Below are positions 54,653 through 64,000 of a stretch of DNA of 64,000 nt, in pieces. Position numbers and translations under genes: made by a program. The notes beneath the pieces were generated by a model. It was not told where the DNA came from. It ran no database searches and saw only the letters and a program-made list of their open reading frames with translations. Each line of letters starts with the position of its first letter. Position 1 is the first letter of the stretch. Source of the stretch: an uncultured Thermoleophilaceae bacterium (GTDB taxonomy: Bacteria > Actinomycetota > Thermoleophilia > Solirubrobacterales > JACPNS01); NCBI GenBank assembly GCA_964455545.1, contig CAYVWQ010000008.1:5574-69573 (forward strand), read 5' to 3'.

Positions 54653-56716
54653 GTGAGCGAATTCACCGAAACGGCCGGGTCGATCGCTGCCGCTCCGCGC
54701 AGCGGCGGAAGGTCCGGTGCGCTGTCCACGTTCTTTGCATGGGTTCTGACGCTTGCGGCCACCGCTGCGCTGACACTGGCCTGGGCGACGGCGGGCCACT
54801 CGACCGGCGCGGTGGCCGAGAACGCCCTTGTCACCGGTGTGGTGGTGCTCCCACTCGTTTTCGGCCAGCTGATCGTGCGCGCCCGGCCGAGGAATGCCAT
54901 CGGCTGGCTGCTGCTCGGGGAGGGACTGGTGCTTTCGCTGATGGCGCTGACCGACGGCCTCGAGGCGCGGGCGCTCTCGCATCCGCTGGCGGCAAGCGTG
55001 TCGGAGCGGCTCGGCGTGCTGTGGGCCGAGAGCTACTGGCCGCTGTTGTTCTTCGGCTTCGCGGGGATCGCCTATGTCTTTCCCGACGGCCGCTTCTTCC
55101 GGCCGCGTGACCGCCGCTGGGCCTACACCGGGGCGTCGGCAGTCGGCGTCTTTCTGCTGATCGCGACGTTCACCGACGCGCCGTTCGACGCGCCATATGA
55201 CTGGGTGGTCAACCCACTTGCGGTCTTCCACGTGCCGGCCCTGGAGCCGGTGGCGTGGCTGCTCCTGCTCGTCGGCCTGTTTTCGCTGTTCGCCGCGGCA
55301 TTCTCGGTGCGCGCCCGCCTGAAAAGCGCGACCGGTGAGCTGCGACTGCAGATGCTCTGGATCGCCTGGGCGGCGATCTGGATCCCCGGAACGCTTGCCC
55401 TCTGCCTGGTCGACGGCGTCGTCTTCAACAACGCCGGCGGCGAGGGGATTCTGACGACGATCGCGCTGGTGCTGATGGTCACGCTGATGCCGACAGCGAT
55501 CGGCATCGGCGTCCTGCGCTACCGCCTGTTCGACATCGAGTTGGTGATCAACCGCACGCTGGTCTACGGAATGCTCACCTTCGTCGTGGCCGGCATCTAC
55601 GCGGCGATCGTCGCCGGCTTCGGCGCGCTGATCGGCAGCTCGACCGCGGCGGGCGTGATCGGCGCCGGCGTGGTCGCGGTGCTCGTACAGCCACTCCACG
55701 CGCGGCTGCAGCGCCGCGTCGACCGCTGGGTTTACGGCGATCGCTCAGACCCGTACGCAGCGCTCCAGCGGCTGGACGCGCGGCTGCTCGAGACGCAGAC
55801 CCCCGGGGACGTCGTCCAGGCCGTCGTCGACTCGGTCGCTGAATCGCTGCGTCTGCCGTGGACGGCCGTCGAGTTCGACCGAGAGGGCGAGGGGATGACG
55901 ATCGCGGCTTACGGAGTCCGCGGACGCGGCGCGCTCGAGCGCCGCGAGCTTTGGCACCGCGGCGAGCTTGTCGGATCACTGGCCGTTGAAGTGCCGAAGG
56001 GGCGGCCGCTCTCGGAATCGGACCGACGTCTGCTCGATCAGCTCGCCAGCCACGTAGGTGCCGCGGTGCAGTCCGTGCGCCTGACGATCGACCTGCAGGA
56101 GTCGCGCAAAGAGCTGATCACCGCCCGCGAGGAGGAGCGCCGCCGTCTGCGCCGCGACCTGCACGACGGGGTTGGTCCGAGCCTGGCTGCGATGTCGCTG
56201 CAACTGGATGTCCTGCGTGAGCGGGTCGGCGAGGACGATGCTGCGCTGGTCGATCGGCTCGGCGCGCAGGTGCAGGACGCGATCGCCGACATTCGCCGAC
56301 TGGTCTACGAGCTGCGCCCACCGGCGCTGGACCAGTACGGCCTGGTCAGCGCGCTGTCCGAGCAGGCCGCGCGGATGTCGACGCGTGGCGCCCGCTTCGA
56401 CGTCAGCGCGCCGGTTGATCTGCCGGGGCTGCCGGCCGCCGTCGAGGTCGCCGTGTACCGGATTGCGCTCGAAGGGATGACCAACGCCGCGAAACACGCC
56501 GGCTCCAGCCGCTGCAACGTGACGATCGCGATGAACGGCGGCGTGCTCGTGACCGTCGCCGACGACGGAGTCGGTTTCGATGACACCGCGCGTCACGGCG
56601 TCGGACTGCGTTCGATGCGCGAGCGCACAGCTGAACTCGGCGGAGAGTTTCAGATCGCGCCTGGTGCCGCCGGCGGCACCGTCCTGTCGGCGAGGTTCCC
56701 GGTGGAACAGGCATGA
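54653..56716 (+). CDS. Membrane sensor histidine kinase (HisKA_3 type, GAF-like domain)
   Basis: RRLRRDLHDGVGPSL, EGMTNAAKH, DDGVG, GVGLRSMRER. Confidence 0.93.
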   Translation: MSEFTETAGSIAAAPRSGGRSGALSTFFAWVLTLAATAALTLAWATAGHSTGAVAENALVTGVVVLPLVFGQLIVRARPRNAIGWLLLGEGLVLSLMALTDGLEARALSHPLAASVSERLGVLWAESYWPLLFFGFAGIAYVFPDGRFFRPRDRRWAYTGASAVGVFLLIATFTDAPFDAPYDWVVNPLAVFHVPALEPVAWLLLLVGLFSLFAAAFSVRARLKSATGELRLQMLWIAWAAIWIPGTLALCLVDGVVFNNAGGEGILTTIALVLMVTLMPTAIGIGVLRYRLFDIELVINRTLVYGMLTFVVAGIYAAIVAGFGALIGSSTAAGVIGAGVVAVLVQPLHARLQRRVDRWVYGDRSDPYAALQRLDARLLETQTPGDVVQAVVDSVAESLRLPWTAVEFDREGEGMTIAAYGVRGRGALERRELWHRGELVGSLAVEVPKGRPLSESDRRLLDQLASHVGAAVQSVRLTIDLQESRKELITAREEERRRLRRDLHDGVGPSLAAMSLQLDVLRERVGEDDAALVDRLGAQVQDAIADIRRLVYELRPPALDQYGLVSALSEQAARMSTRGARFDVSAPVDLPGLPAAVEVAVYRIALEGMTNAAKHAGSSRCNVTIAMNGGVLVTVADDGVGFDDTARHGVGLRSMRERTAELGGEFQIAPGAAGGTVLSARFPVEQA

Positions 56717-57369
56717 GCAGCGACTTGCCGCGCGTGCTGATCGCCGACGATCACCCGACGTTTCGCGACGGGCTGCGGCTGATGCTCGAGGCCTCCGGCG
56801 AGGTGGTGGTAGCGGGAGAGGCCGTCAACGGCAGCGAAGTGATCTCCTTGGCCGCCGAGCTCGCGCCGGATCTCATCCTGATGGACCTGCAGATGCCCCG
56901 CGTCAACGGCATCGAGGCGACGCGGCAGATCGTCGCCGCGCGCCCCGAGACGAAGGTGATCGTCCTGACGATGTTCGAGGATGACGACTCCGTCTTCGCG
57001 GCGATGCGCGCCGGGGCCCGTGGCTATCTGCTGAAAGGCGCCGAACGCGAGGACATCTTGCGGGCGGTGCGCGCCGTAAGCAGCGGCGACGCTGTCTTCG
57101 GTCCGTCGATCGCGACTCGCCTGATGGACTTTTTCGCGAGCGCCCCGCGAACGGTCTTCCCCGAGCTGACCGACCGCGAGCGCGAGATTCTCGATCAGAT
57201 CGCGCTCGGACGCACCAACGTCCAGATCGCGGACGATCTGATGCTGAGTCTGAAGACGGTGCGCAACCACGTGAGCAACATCTTCAACAAGCTCCAGGTG
57301 GCCGACCGGGCCGCGGCGATCGCCAAGGCGACCGACGCGGGCCTCGGTCAGAGGCCACCCGTGGGCTAG
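56713..57369 (+). CDS. NarL/LuxR-family response regulator
   Basis: IADDHPTFR, MDLQMP, YLLKG, LTDREREIL...KTVRNHVSNIFNKL. Confidence 0.95.
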   Translation: MSSDLPRVLIADDHPTFRDGLRLMLEASGEVVVAGEAVNGSEVISLAAELAPDLILMDLQMPRVNGIEATRQIVAARPETKVIVLTMFEDDDSVFAAMRAGARGYLLKGAEREDILRAVRAVSSGDAVFGPSIATRLMDFFASAPRTVFPELTDREREILDQIALGRTNVQIADDLMLSLKTVRNHVSNIFNKLQVADRAAAIAKATDAGLGQRPPVG

Positions 57370-57375
57370 TTGCGT

Positions 57376-57798
57376 CTACGCGTCCGTGGGCTTGTCCGGC
57401 GCGACGCCGACGGTCACTCCGAGCACGCCGATCGCGGCGTAGAGGATCGCCGTCATGTCGTTCACCGGGAAGATCCCGAGGATCGACTCGTCGAACAGGC
57501 TCCAGATCGTCAGAGCCAGGTAGACCACGCCGATGGCGAGGCAGACCTTCTTGGCCGTCGCAGCCACTCGGCTGCCGACCAGCAGGACCACGCCCGAGAG
57601 CAGCATCAACACGCCGCTCCAACCGTTCACGTCCATGAACAACAGCCGGTCGGTGACGATGCCGGTGCCGCTGCCGAAGTCCGGGTTGACGATCAGGCTG
57701 ACCACACCGGCGAGGGTGAGGATCACGCCGACGACAACTGCGAACATCTTGGCGGGCGTTCCGTGCATCACACCACTGCCGTAGTCCTTGAGCTTCAT
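57376..57798 (-). CDS. DUF4383-like small membrane protein
   Basis: 4 TM segments; FMDVNGWSGVLML, FPVNDMTAIL; start uncertain. Confidence 0.65.
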   Translation of the reverse strand: MKLKDYGSGVMHGTPAKMFAVVVGVILTLAGVVSLIVNPDFGSGTGIVTDRLLFMDVNGWSGVLMLLSGVVLLVGSRVAATAKKVCLAIGVVYLALTIWSLFDESILGIFPVNDMTAILYAAIGVLGVTVGVAPDKPTDA

Positions 57799-57934
57799 TC
57801 CATGTGCTTCCACCGCAACCACCTTCTTCATCAATTCGACGGTGAATATACGGCCCGCGGGCCGTGGCGCTTCCACAAGGTCACGCCAATTACAACTACA
57901 CCAGTGGTGTTCTACAAGTAACGGATGACACTAA

Positions 57935-58741
57935 GTGACTGATCGTCCACTTGCACCACGCGAGATCGAGACCGGCGTCGACGGCTACGAGGTGCGCCTG
58001 CTGCGCGCCGACAACCCATCGCCGATGACGCTCGACGGCACCAATTCCTGGGTCGTCGCCAGCGGCGGACGCTCTTGGGTGATCGACCCTGGGCCGACAA
58101 CCGCCGCCCACATCGCCGGCCTGGCGGAGCTCGCGCGCGGACTCGGCAAACCCGCCGCGATCCTGCTCACGCACGACCACCTCGACCACTCGGAAGGGGT
58201 CGAGGCGATGGCCGCCGCGCTCGGCGTGTCAGCACTGCGCCACGGTGACGACTTCTCAGAGGTTCCGCTGGTCGTCACCCACACGCCGGGTCATGCGAGC
58301 GACCACCTGATCTTCAGCTTCGGACCGCCAGCACACACCGTTGTCTTCAGCGGGGACCTGATCCTCGGCCAGTCCTCGACGATCGTCCCGCCGGGTGGCG
58401 GAACGCTGATCGCCTACCTGGAGTCGCTCGGCAAGGTGCTTGATCTCGATCCGGCGCTGATCCTCCCCGGACACGGAGAGCCGATCTCGGACGCGGTATC
58501 CGCCGTCGAGGGGCAGCGCGAGCATCGGCTGCGGCGGGAACGCGATCTCGTCGCCGCGCTTGAAGACGGCCTCTACGACCGCGAGGCGCTGCTGGACCGT
58601 GTCTGGAGCGACGTCTCGCCAGAGCTGCGGATCGCCGCGCACGTGACGATGCAGACCAACCTCGAGAAGCTCGACCTCGAGGGCCGGCTCCCGGACGACT
58701 TCGAGACCGAGGGCCGCAAGAGCTGGCAGCACCGCGGCTGA
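57935..58741 (+). CDS. Metallo-beta-lactamase-fold hydrolase
   Basis: ADNPSPMTLDGTNSW, THDHLDH, HTPGHASDH, SGDLILG, PGHG. Confidence 0.92.
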   Translation: MTDRPLAPREIETGVDGYEVRLLRADNPSPMTLDGTNSWVVASGGRSWVIDPGPTTAAHIAGLAELARGLGKPAAILLTHDHLDHSEGVEAMAAALGVSALRHGDDFSEVPLVVTHTPGHASDHLIFSFGPPAHTVVFSGDLILGQSSTIVPPGGGTLIAYLESLGKVLDLDPALILPGHGEPISDAVSAVEGQREHRLRRERDLVAALEDGLYDREALLDRVWSDVSPELRIAAHVTMQTNLEKLDLEGRLPDDFETEGRKSWQHRG

Positions 58742-58750
58742 ACCGCTCGC

Positions 58751-60682
58751 CTATCGGAACGGCGGCGTGTTCTTGAACTCGCGCTCGACGACAGCTTCGG
58801 CCGGCTTCGGGTTGCCCTGCTCGTCGAACAGGCCCTTGCGCGAGAACGGCGGCTGCGGGTCGGGGTTGCCGCCGGTCCAGCCGGGACGCACCCAGTAGTC
58901 CTTCAGAGCCCAGGCGAAGATGCCGTTCAGGTATGGCACGTCGCGCAGGATCCGCAGATGGGTGTTGAAGAAGTTGACCTGGAAGCCGTAGGTCCCCGGC
59001 TCATCAACGGGGCCACCACGGTTGGCTTCGGTGCCGAACTCGGTGATGAACTTTGCCTGGTTCGGGTATGTGCGGTTGATGTAGTCGAGGTACGGACGCA
59101 GACCGGCAATGTCGAGGGTTGACCCGAGCGAACCGGGGTACCAGCCGAAGTACTCGTTGACGCCGAGGATGTCGAGCATCTTGAAGCCCTCCTGCTGCAC
59201 GAAGTCTTCGGGCGCCGTCGCGTAGTCGACGCTGACGAGGCCCTGCGGATCGAGCTGCTTGGCCTGCACCTTCTCGGCCTTGATCAGCTTCGTCAGGTAC
59301 GGCGAGCCAGAGGTCGCCGGAACGGGCTCGTTGATCAGGCTCCAGGTGAGGATGGAAGGGTGCATGCGGTGGGCGACGACCATCTCGCGGACGTACGCGG
59401 CTGCGGCTGCGCGGTAGCGCTTCGACTTGACCTGCGTGTTGCGCGGGCGGAACACCGGTGCCTGGGTCCAGACGAAGACGCCGTTGGCGTCGGCCCACTC
59501 GAGGATCTCGCGGCTCAGCGGGTAGTGCGAGCGGATCATGTTCACGCCGAGCTTCACCATCAGCCCGATGTCGGCCTTGCGCTGGGCTGAAGTCCAGGCA
59601 GCTCCCGTCGTCGGGTCGGACTCGTGGAAGCTGACGCCGCGGAAGCGGGTGCGCTTGCCGTTGACGCGCAGCACGCCCTTGTTCACGGTGATCTTGCGGA
59701 TGCCTGCCTTTTCGCGATAGCTGACTCCCGGAAGTGAGACTTTGACCTTGTACAGGTGCGGCGAGCCCGGCTCCCAGAGCTTCGGCTTGCGGATCCGCAC
59801 ACGGCCGGTCAACTCGGCGGTCGCGCCGCGCCGCATCACGGTTGTGCGAAAGCTGATCTTGCGTCCGCCGTAGCTTCCGCGCAGGCGAATCTTCGTGCGC
59901 TTGGCCTTGCTGTAGTTCTTGACCCTCGCGAGCACGGTGATCGTCGCCGGGCCCCGCTTTGACTTGTACGACGAACGCGTGGTCAGGGTCGTGATGTCGT
60001 ACTTGTTGACCTTGCGCAGGACGACCTCGCGCAGGATTCCGCCGAAGTTCCACCAACCGCCGGTCAACTGGTCGCTGCGCTCCTCGACCGAAGGGATCGA
60101 GTAGCTCGTCAGCGAGCTGTCGATCCGCACGATCAGGCGATTCTTGCCGCCGCGCAGGCTTTTCGCTGGAATGTCGAACGGCAGATATCCACCCCGGTGA
60201 CTGCCGATCTTCCGCCCGTTCAGGTAGAACGTCGCGTTGAGATTGACGTTGTCGAAGCTGAAGATCCAGTTGCGGCCGTTCGACGGGCGGCGGAACTCGG
60301 TTGCGTACCAGGCGACGTATCCGGTGTAGCTGAGCTCCGAGGTGTCGCCCGCGTTGAAGGCATACGGGATCGAGATCTTGTCCCACGAGCTGAAGTTCGT
60401 CGTGCGGTTCCAGCGCTGCTTGACGCCGACCTTCGCGGTGTCGCGCTTGAGGTACCAGTCGCCGCTGAGCTGGTAGCGGCCCGATTGGCCCATGTAGTAG
60501 GGCGCGCCGGCCTTCGGCCTGTAGGTGGCCGCGTCCGCGCGTGGGGCCGCGAGCACGGCGGCGAGGGCCAGTACCAGAACGGCCGCACAGGCGGCCGTGA
60601 GAAGCGTCGATTTGCGGGAGGCGAGCTGCACCAACTTGAAGAACACCCTAACCAACGCAGTTGTTGCGATCGGGCTCTGCAA
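58751..60682 (-). CDS. Secreted glycoside hydrolase family 2
   Basis: WWNFGGILREV, NMIRSHYP, WSLINEP (acid/base), VNEYFGWY, ITEFG (nucleophile); true start may be 60631. Confidence 0.9.
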   Translation of the reverse strand: MQSPIATTALVRVFFKLVQLASRKSTLLTAACAAVLVLALAAVLAAPRADAATYRPKAGAPYYMGQSGRYQLSGDWYLKRDTAKVGVKQRWNRTTNFSSWDKISIPYAFNAGDTSELSYTGYVAWYATEFRRPSNGRNWIFSFDNVNLNATFYLNGRKIGSHRGGYLPFDIPAKSLRGGKNRLIVRIDSSLTSYSIPSVEERSDQLTGGWWNFGGILREVVLRKVNKYDITTLTTRSSYKSKRGPATITVLARVKNYSKAKRTKIRLRGSYGGRKISFRTTVMRRGATAELTGRVRIRKPKLWEPGSPHLYKVKVSLPGVSYREKAGIRKITVNKGVLRVNGKRTRFRGVSFHESDPTTGAAWTSAQRKADIGLMVKLGVNMIRSHYPLSREILEWADANGVFVWTQAPVFRPRNTQVKSKRYRAAAAAYVREMVVAHRMHPSILTWSLINEPVPATSGSPYLTKLIKAEKVQAKQLDPQGLVSVDYATAPEDFVQQEGFKMLDILGVNEYFGWYPGSLGSTLDIAGLRPYLDYINRTYPNQAKFITEFGTEANRGGPVDEPGTYGFQVNFFNTHLRILRDVPYLNGIFAWALKDYWVRPGWTGGNPDPQPPFSRKGLFDEQGNPKPAEAVVEREFKNTPPFR

Positions 60683-60737
60683 ACCGGCTTGAAAAAGTGC
60701 GGCGCGCGTACGGCAAATTATGCGTATCGTGCCTGCA

Positions 60738-62066
60738 ATGAGTCAGCGACTGCAGCAAGGGAGGGGGCAGGTCGCCACCCAGGCTGAGGCACTCGCCGAG
60801 GCTCGCGCACGCACGCTCGCACTGGTCGAAGGGCTGGGCGAGGCCGATCTGAGCCGCGTCGTCGATCCGCTGCTTTCGCCGCTGCTCTGGGATCTCGGTC
60901 ACATCGCGAACTTCGAGCAGCGTTGGCTGCTCGGCTCGGGCGACGACGACCTCGACTCGATCTACAACCCGTTCGAGCAGCCACGTGCGCTGCGCGGCGA
61001 GCTTCCCTTCCTGCACAGTGACGAATGCTTCGACTACATGTCTGCAGTGCGTGCGCAGGTCGAGCCGCGTCTGGAATCGCTCGATCCGGCGCTGGTCGAG
61101 CTCGTGATCCAGCACGAGCAGCAGCACAACGAGACGATGCTCCAGCTGCTGCGGCAGATGGACGGATACACGCCGCCCGAGTCACTTACGGCAAATCACG
61201 TCGCTCCGGCGGGGCCGCAGCGCGTGCGCCTGCGCGAGGCTGCCTCACGCGCGTACCGCCCGACGCGGTCGCGCGACTGGATCGAGTTTCCGGCAGGTGA
61301 GTACCGCGTCGGCAGTGAACCGGGCGAAGCACCGTTCATCTACGACAACGAGCTCGCAGCCCACGACGTCTCGCTCGAGCGCTTCGAGATCGCCGCACGG
61401 CCGGTGACCAACGGCGAGTTCATCGAATGGATCGAACTCGGCGGCTACAACAAGCACGAGTGGTGGTCGCCGCTCGGGGTCGAGTGGCTCACCGAGGCGA
61501 CTCCAGCGGCTCCGCTTGACTGGCGCAGTCACGGCGGCGAATGGTTCGCCAACGGCTTCGGCGCCGAGCGCCCCGTCGACCCGGACGCGCCCGTGTGCCA
61601 CGTCAACTGGTTCGAGGCCGACGCCTTCGCCCGGGCTCATGGCGCACGACTGCCGAGCGAATTCGAGTGGGAAGTCGCCTCCGCCTACGACCCGCGTACC
61701 GGGCCCGCCGGCCCGAGGCGCAGGCACGCCTGGGGCGACGAAGATTGGGTGCCAGGTGACGCGAACCTCGATCAACTCGCTTTCGGAGTACTGCCGACCG
61801 GATCGACGGATCACGGATTCGGACCGATCGACATGGGCGGCCAGGTGTGGGAATGGACTTCGAGTGAGTTCGCCCCGTACCCCGGTTTCGTCGCAGGTGC
61901 GTACAGGGAATATTCAGAACCGTTCTTCAACGCCGGCTACCGCGTGTTGCGTGGGGGATCCTGGGCTACGCGGGCGCGCACAGTCAGCAACCGCTTCCGC
62001 AACTGGGACTTCCCGCAACGCCGGCAGATCTTCTCCGGCCTGAGACTCGCAAGGAGTGTGCAGTGA
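60738..62066 (+). CDS. egtB: Ergothioneine sulfoxide synthase
   Basis: WDLGHIANFE, HEQQHNETMLQ iron motif, FGE-like domain, RNWDFPQRRQIFSG. Confidence 0.92.
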   Translation: MSQRLQQGRGQVATQAEALAEARARTLALVEGLGEADLSRVVDPLLSPLLWDLGHIANFEQRWLLGSGDDDLDSIYNPFEQPRALRGELPFLHSDECFDYMSAVRAQVEPRLESLDPALVELVIQHEQQHNETMLQLLRQMDGYTPPESLTANHVAPAGPQRVRLREAASRAYRPTRSRDWIEFPAGEYRVGSEPGEAPFIYDNELAAHDVSLERFEIAARPVTNGEFIEWIELGGYNKHEWWSPLGVEWLTEATPAAPLDWRSHGGEWFANGFGAERPVDPDAPVCHVNWFEADAFARAHGARLPSEFEWEVASAYDPRTGPAGPRRRHAWGDEDWVPGDANLDQLAFGVLPTGSTDHGFGPIDMGGQVWEWTSSEFAPYPGFVAGAYREYSEPFFNAGYRVLRGGSWATRARTVSNRFRNWDFPQRRQIFSGLRLARSVQ

Positions 62067-63082
62067 ACAGCTCGGCAACCGCAGAACTCGCAGACCTGGA
62101 GTTCGCCGACGTCCGGCCGGACGTGCGGCTCGACATCTACCGCGGCGAGGAGTGGCTGACTTCGTTCGCGAACGACGTCCACCAGGGACTCAGCGCGGAT
62201 CCACGCCGGCTCTCACCGAAGTATTTCTACGACGCGCGCGGGTCGGAGCTGTTCGACCGGATCTGCGAGCTGCCGGAGTACTACCCGACTCGCACCGAGG
62301 AGTCGATCCTCGCCCAGCGCGGGCCGGACATCATCGACCGCTCCGGCGCCACCGCGCTGGTAGAGCTCGGGTCTGGTTCGTCGCTCAAGACCGAGCATCT
62401 GCTGCGCCCGCTGCTCGCGACGATGGGCGAGGCGCTCTACGTGCCGATCGAGTTCTCCGAAGTCGCGGTGCGCGAAGCGTCGGTACGGTTGATCGGCGAT
62501 CATCCCGGTCTTCGCGTTCACGGTGTGATCGGCGACTTCGAGAAGCACCTCGGCGGTCTGCCCGAGGCCGAGGCGCGCCTTTTCGCGTTCCTCGGCGGCA
62601 CGATCGGAAACTTCACTCCCGACGAGATGCGCTTCTTTCTGCGTCGTCTGCGCCTGCTGATGAACCCGTCCGACTCGCTGTTGATCGGGATTGACCTGGT
62701 CAAAGACAAGTCCGAGCTCGAAGCTGCGTACAACGACAGCGCCGGCGTCACCGCGGAGTTCAACAAGAACGTGCTGGCCGCGATCAACCGCGACCTCGGC
62801 GGCGACTTTGATCTGGACGCCTGGGAACACGTCGCATTCTTCGACGAGCAAAACTCGTGGATCGAGATGCGCCTGCGCTCGCTGGCAGATCAGGCGGTGC
62901 GAATTCGCGCGATCGATCTCGTCGCCGGATTCACTGGAGGCGAGGAGATCCGCACCGAAATCTCACGCAAGTTCACGCGCGAGGCGTTTGACGGCGACGT
63001 CGAAGCCGGTGGCTTTGAACTCGCCGACTGGTTCAGTGACGACCACGGCCGCTTCGCGCTGGCGCTGCTCTCGCCGGCCTGA
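62063..63082 (+). CDS. egtD: L-histidine N-alpha-methyltransferase
   Basis: PKYFYDARGSELFDRICELPEYYPTRTE, ELGSGSS, FLGGTIGN, AYNDSAGVTAEFN, TEISRKF. Confidence 0.95.
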   Translation: MNSSATAELADLEFADVRPDVRLDIYRGEEWLTSFANDVHQGLSADPRRLSPKYFYDARGSELFDRICELPEYYPTRTEESILAQRGPDIIDRSGATALVELGSGSSLKTEHLLRPLLATMGEALYVPIEFSEVAVREASVRLIGDHPGLRVHGVIGDFEKHLGGLPEAEARLFAFLGGTIGNFTPDEMRFFLRRLRLLMNPSDSLLIGIDLVKDKSELEAAYNDSAGVTAEFNKNVLAAINRDLGGDFDLDAWEHVAFFDEQNSWIEMRLRSLADQAVRIRAIDLVAGFTGGEEIRTEISRKFTREAFDGDVEAGGFELADWFSDDHGRFALALLSPA

Positions 63083-63086
63083 GCCG

Positions 63087-64000
63087 CTACTCCGTCAGCT
63101 TCAGCGACTTTTTCAGCGGCGTCGAGAGGCCGCCCGGTCCGGTCGCGCGCACGTAAATCGTGTAGCTCGACGCGGGCAACGTCTTTTTCAGCTTGAACTT
63201 CCAGCCGCTCGCGCCGGTCGCGGTGAGCCACTTGACGGGCTGGCACTTTTTGTTGACGGCCTTGACTTTCGTGAACCTCGCCCTCGCCGAGGCGAGCTGG
63301 CTGCATCGCCTCTTCTTCTTGAGCAATGACTTGTCCTTCCTCAGGACTGCGACTTGGACGGCGAACGCGTTCGTTGCCGTACCGGAGATCTCCTTGAACT
63401 TCCTGGCTTTGAGCTTCGCCTTCGAAGGAGACTTGAATTTCGTCGACGGTTTGGCGGCCGGAGCACTCCCGGCGCCGGGCGGGTCGTCGCCGAGCAGACG
63501 CACAACACCGGTGGTGTACGTGCCGGCGATTCGAAGCTGTTCGCCCACGATGATCTTTCCGTCGGGCTGGACCGCCACGCCGGCGGCTGAACTTTCGCTC
63601 GCCAGAGGTACTCCGATTACGGCGCCGCCGGATCCAAAGGCCGGGTCAGGCGATCCGTCCGAGTTCAAACGTCGGATCACACTCGAGCGGCCGGCGGAGG
63701 TGGTGGTCTGGCGGCCCACGACGACCACCTTGCCATCGCGCTGGATCGCAACACCGGTGTAGATCGCGTTGTCCGGGTGATCGGTTGCGACGACGATCCC
63801 GCCGCTCCCGAAACTGCCGTCGAGCGATCCGTCAGGGCTGAGTCTCGCCACCACCGGGTGGACGACGCCCGCCACGCTCCCCTGACCGGCCACAAGGATC
63901 TTTCCGTCGGCTTGAATCGCAACCGCGTGAGCGCTCGCGTCGCTGCCTCCCGGCGGCGAGATGTTCACCCGTCCGCTACCGGAGGTGGCATCGTGAAACC
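63087..64000 (-). CDS. Secreted delta-60-repeat protein, 5' end outside the window
   Basis: Repeated VAIQ(A/R/P)DGKI(L/V)VAG...RL.PDGSLD..F units; the frame stays open to the window edge. Confidence 0.85.
   Translation of the reverse strand, partial: FHDATSGSGRVNISPPGGSDASAHAVAIQADGKILVAGQGSVAGVVHPVVARLSPDGSLDGSFGSGGIVVATDHPDNAIYTGVAIQRDGKVVVVGRQTTTSAGRSSVIRRLNSDGSPDPAFGSGGAVIGVPLASESSAAGVAVQPDGKIIVGEQLRIAGTYTTGVVRLLGDDPPGAGSAPAAKPSTKFKSPSKAKLKARKFKEISGTATNAFAVQVAVLRKDKSLLKKKRRCSQLASARARFTKVKAVNKKCQPVKWLTATGASGWKFKLKKTLPASSYTIYVRATGPGGLSTPLKKSLKLTE

Noticed and set aside
54506-55699. Upstream extension of ORF 53843..55699
   Set aside because: It overlaps the histidine kinase on the opposite strand; only the part from 54505 looks like a real membrane protein

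Overview
High-GC window that looks actinobacterial. The gene content and ribosomal-operon sequences suggest Thermoleophilia/Solirubrobacterales (inference). It starts with the end of the alpha ribosomal operon (rpsK 3' end, rpoA, rplQ, truA, surE), then a MazEF-like toxin-antitoxin pair, two secreted BNR-4 paralogues, ligA, dacB, lipid genes (long-chain acyl-CoA ligase, two-domain fatty acyl-CoA reductase, rubredoxin plus delta-9 desaturase) and two coupled membrane GGDEF genes. tRNA-Pro(CGG) is followed by 89-bp tRNA-derived tandem repeats. Next come TetR/MFS genes and an imuB...dnaE2 mutagenesis cassette split by a CDF transporter, each gene carrying an identical perfect LexA box at its start. 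A 14.7-kb chemotaxis locus follows (cheB-cheR-cheA-cheC-cheD-cheY, cheW, six chemoreceptors), then gabD, a two-component system, a GH2 hydrolase and egtB-egtD. The most striking observation is that the six chemoreceptors form three translationally coupled pairs of two distinct subtypes. Type A has a canonical signalling tip and type B a systematically altered tip, and both have only about 40-aa extracellular loops, which suggests obligate partner (possibly heterodimeric) receptors. No CRISPR array, integrase or transposase was seen. All annotations come from motif recognition by eye; no database searches were run.
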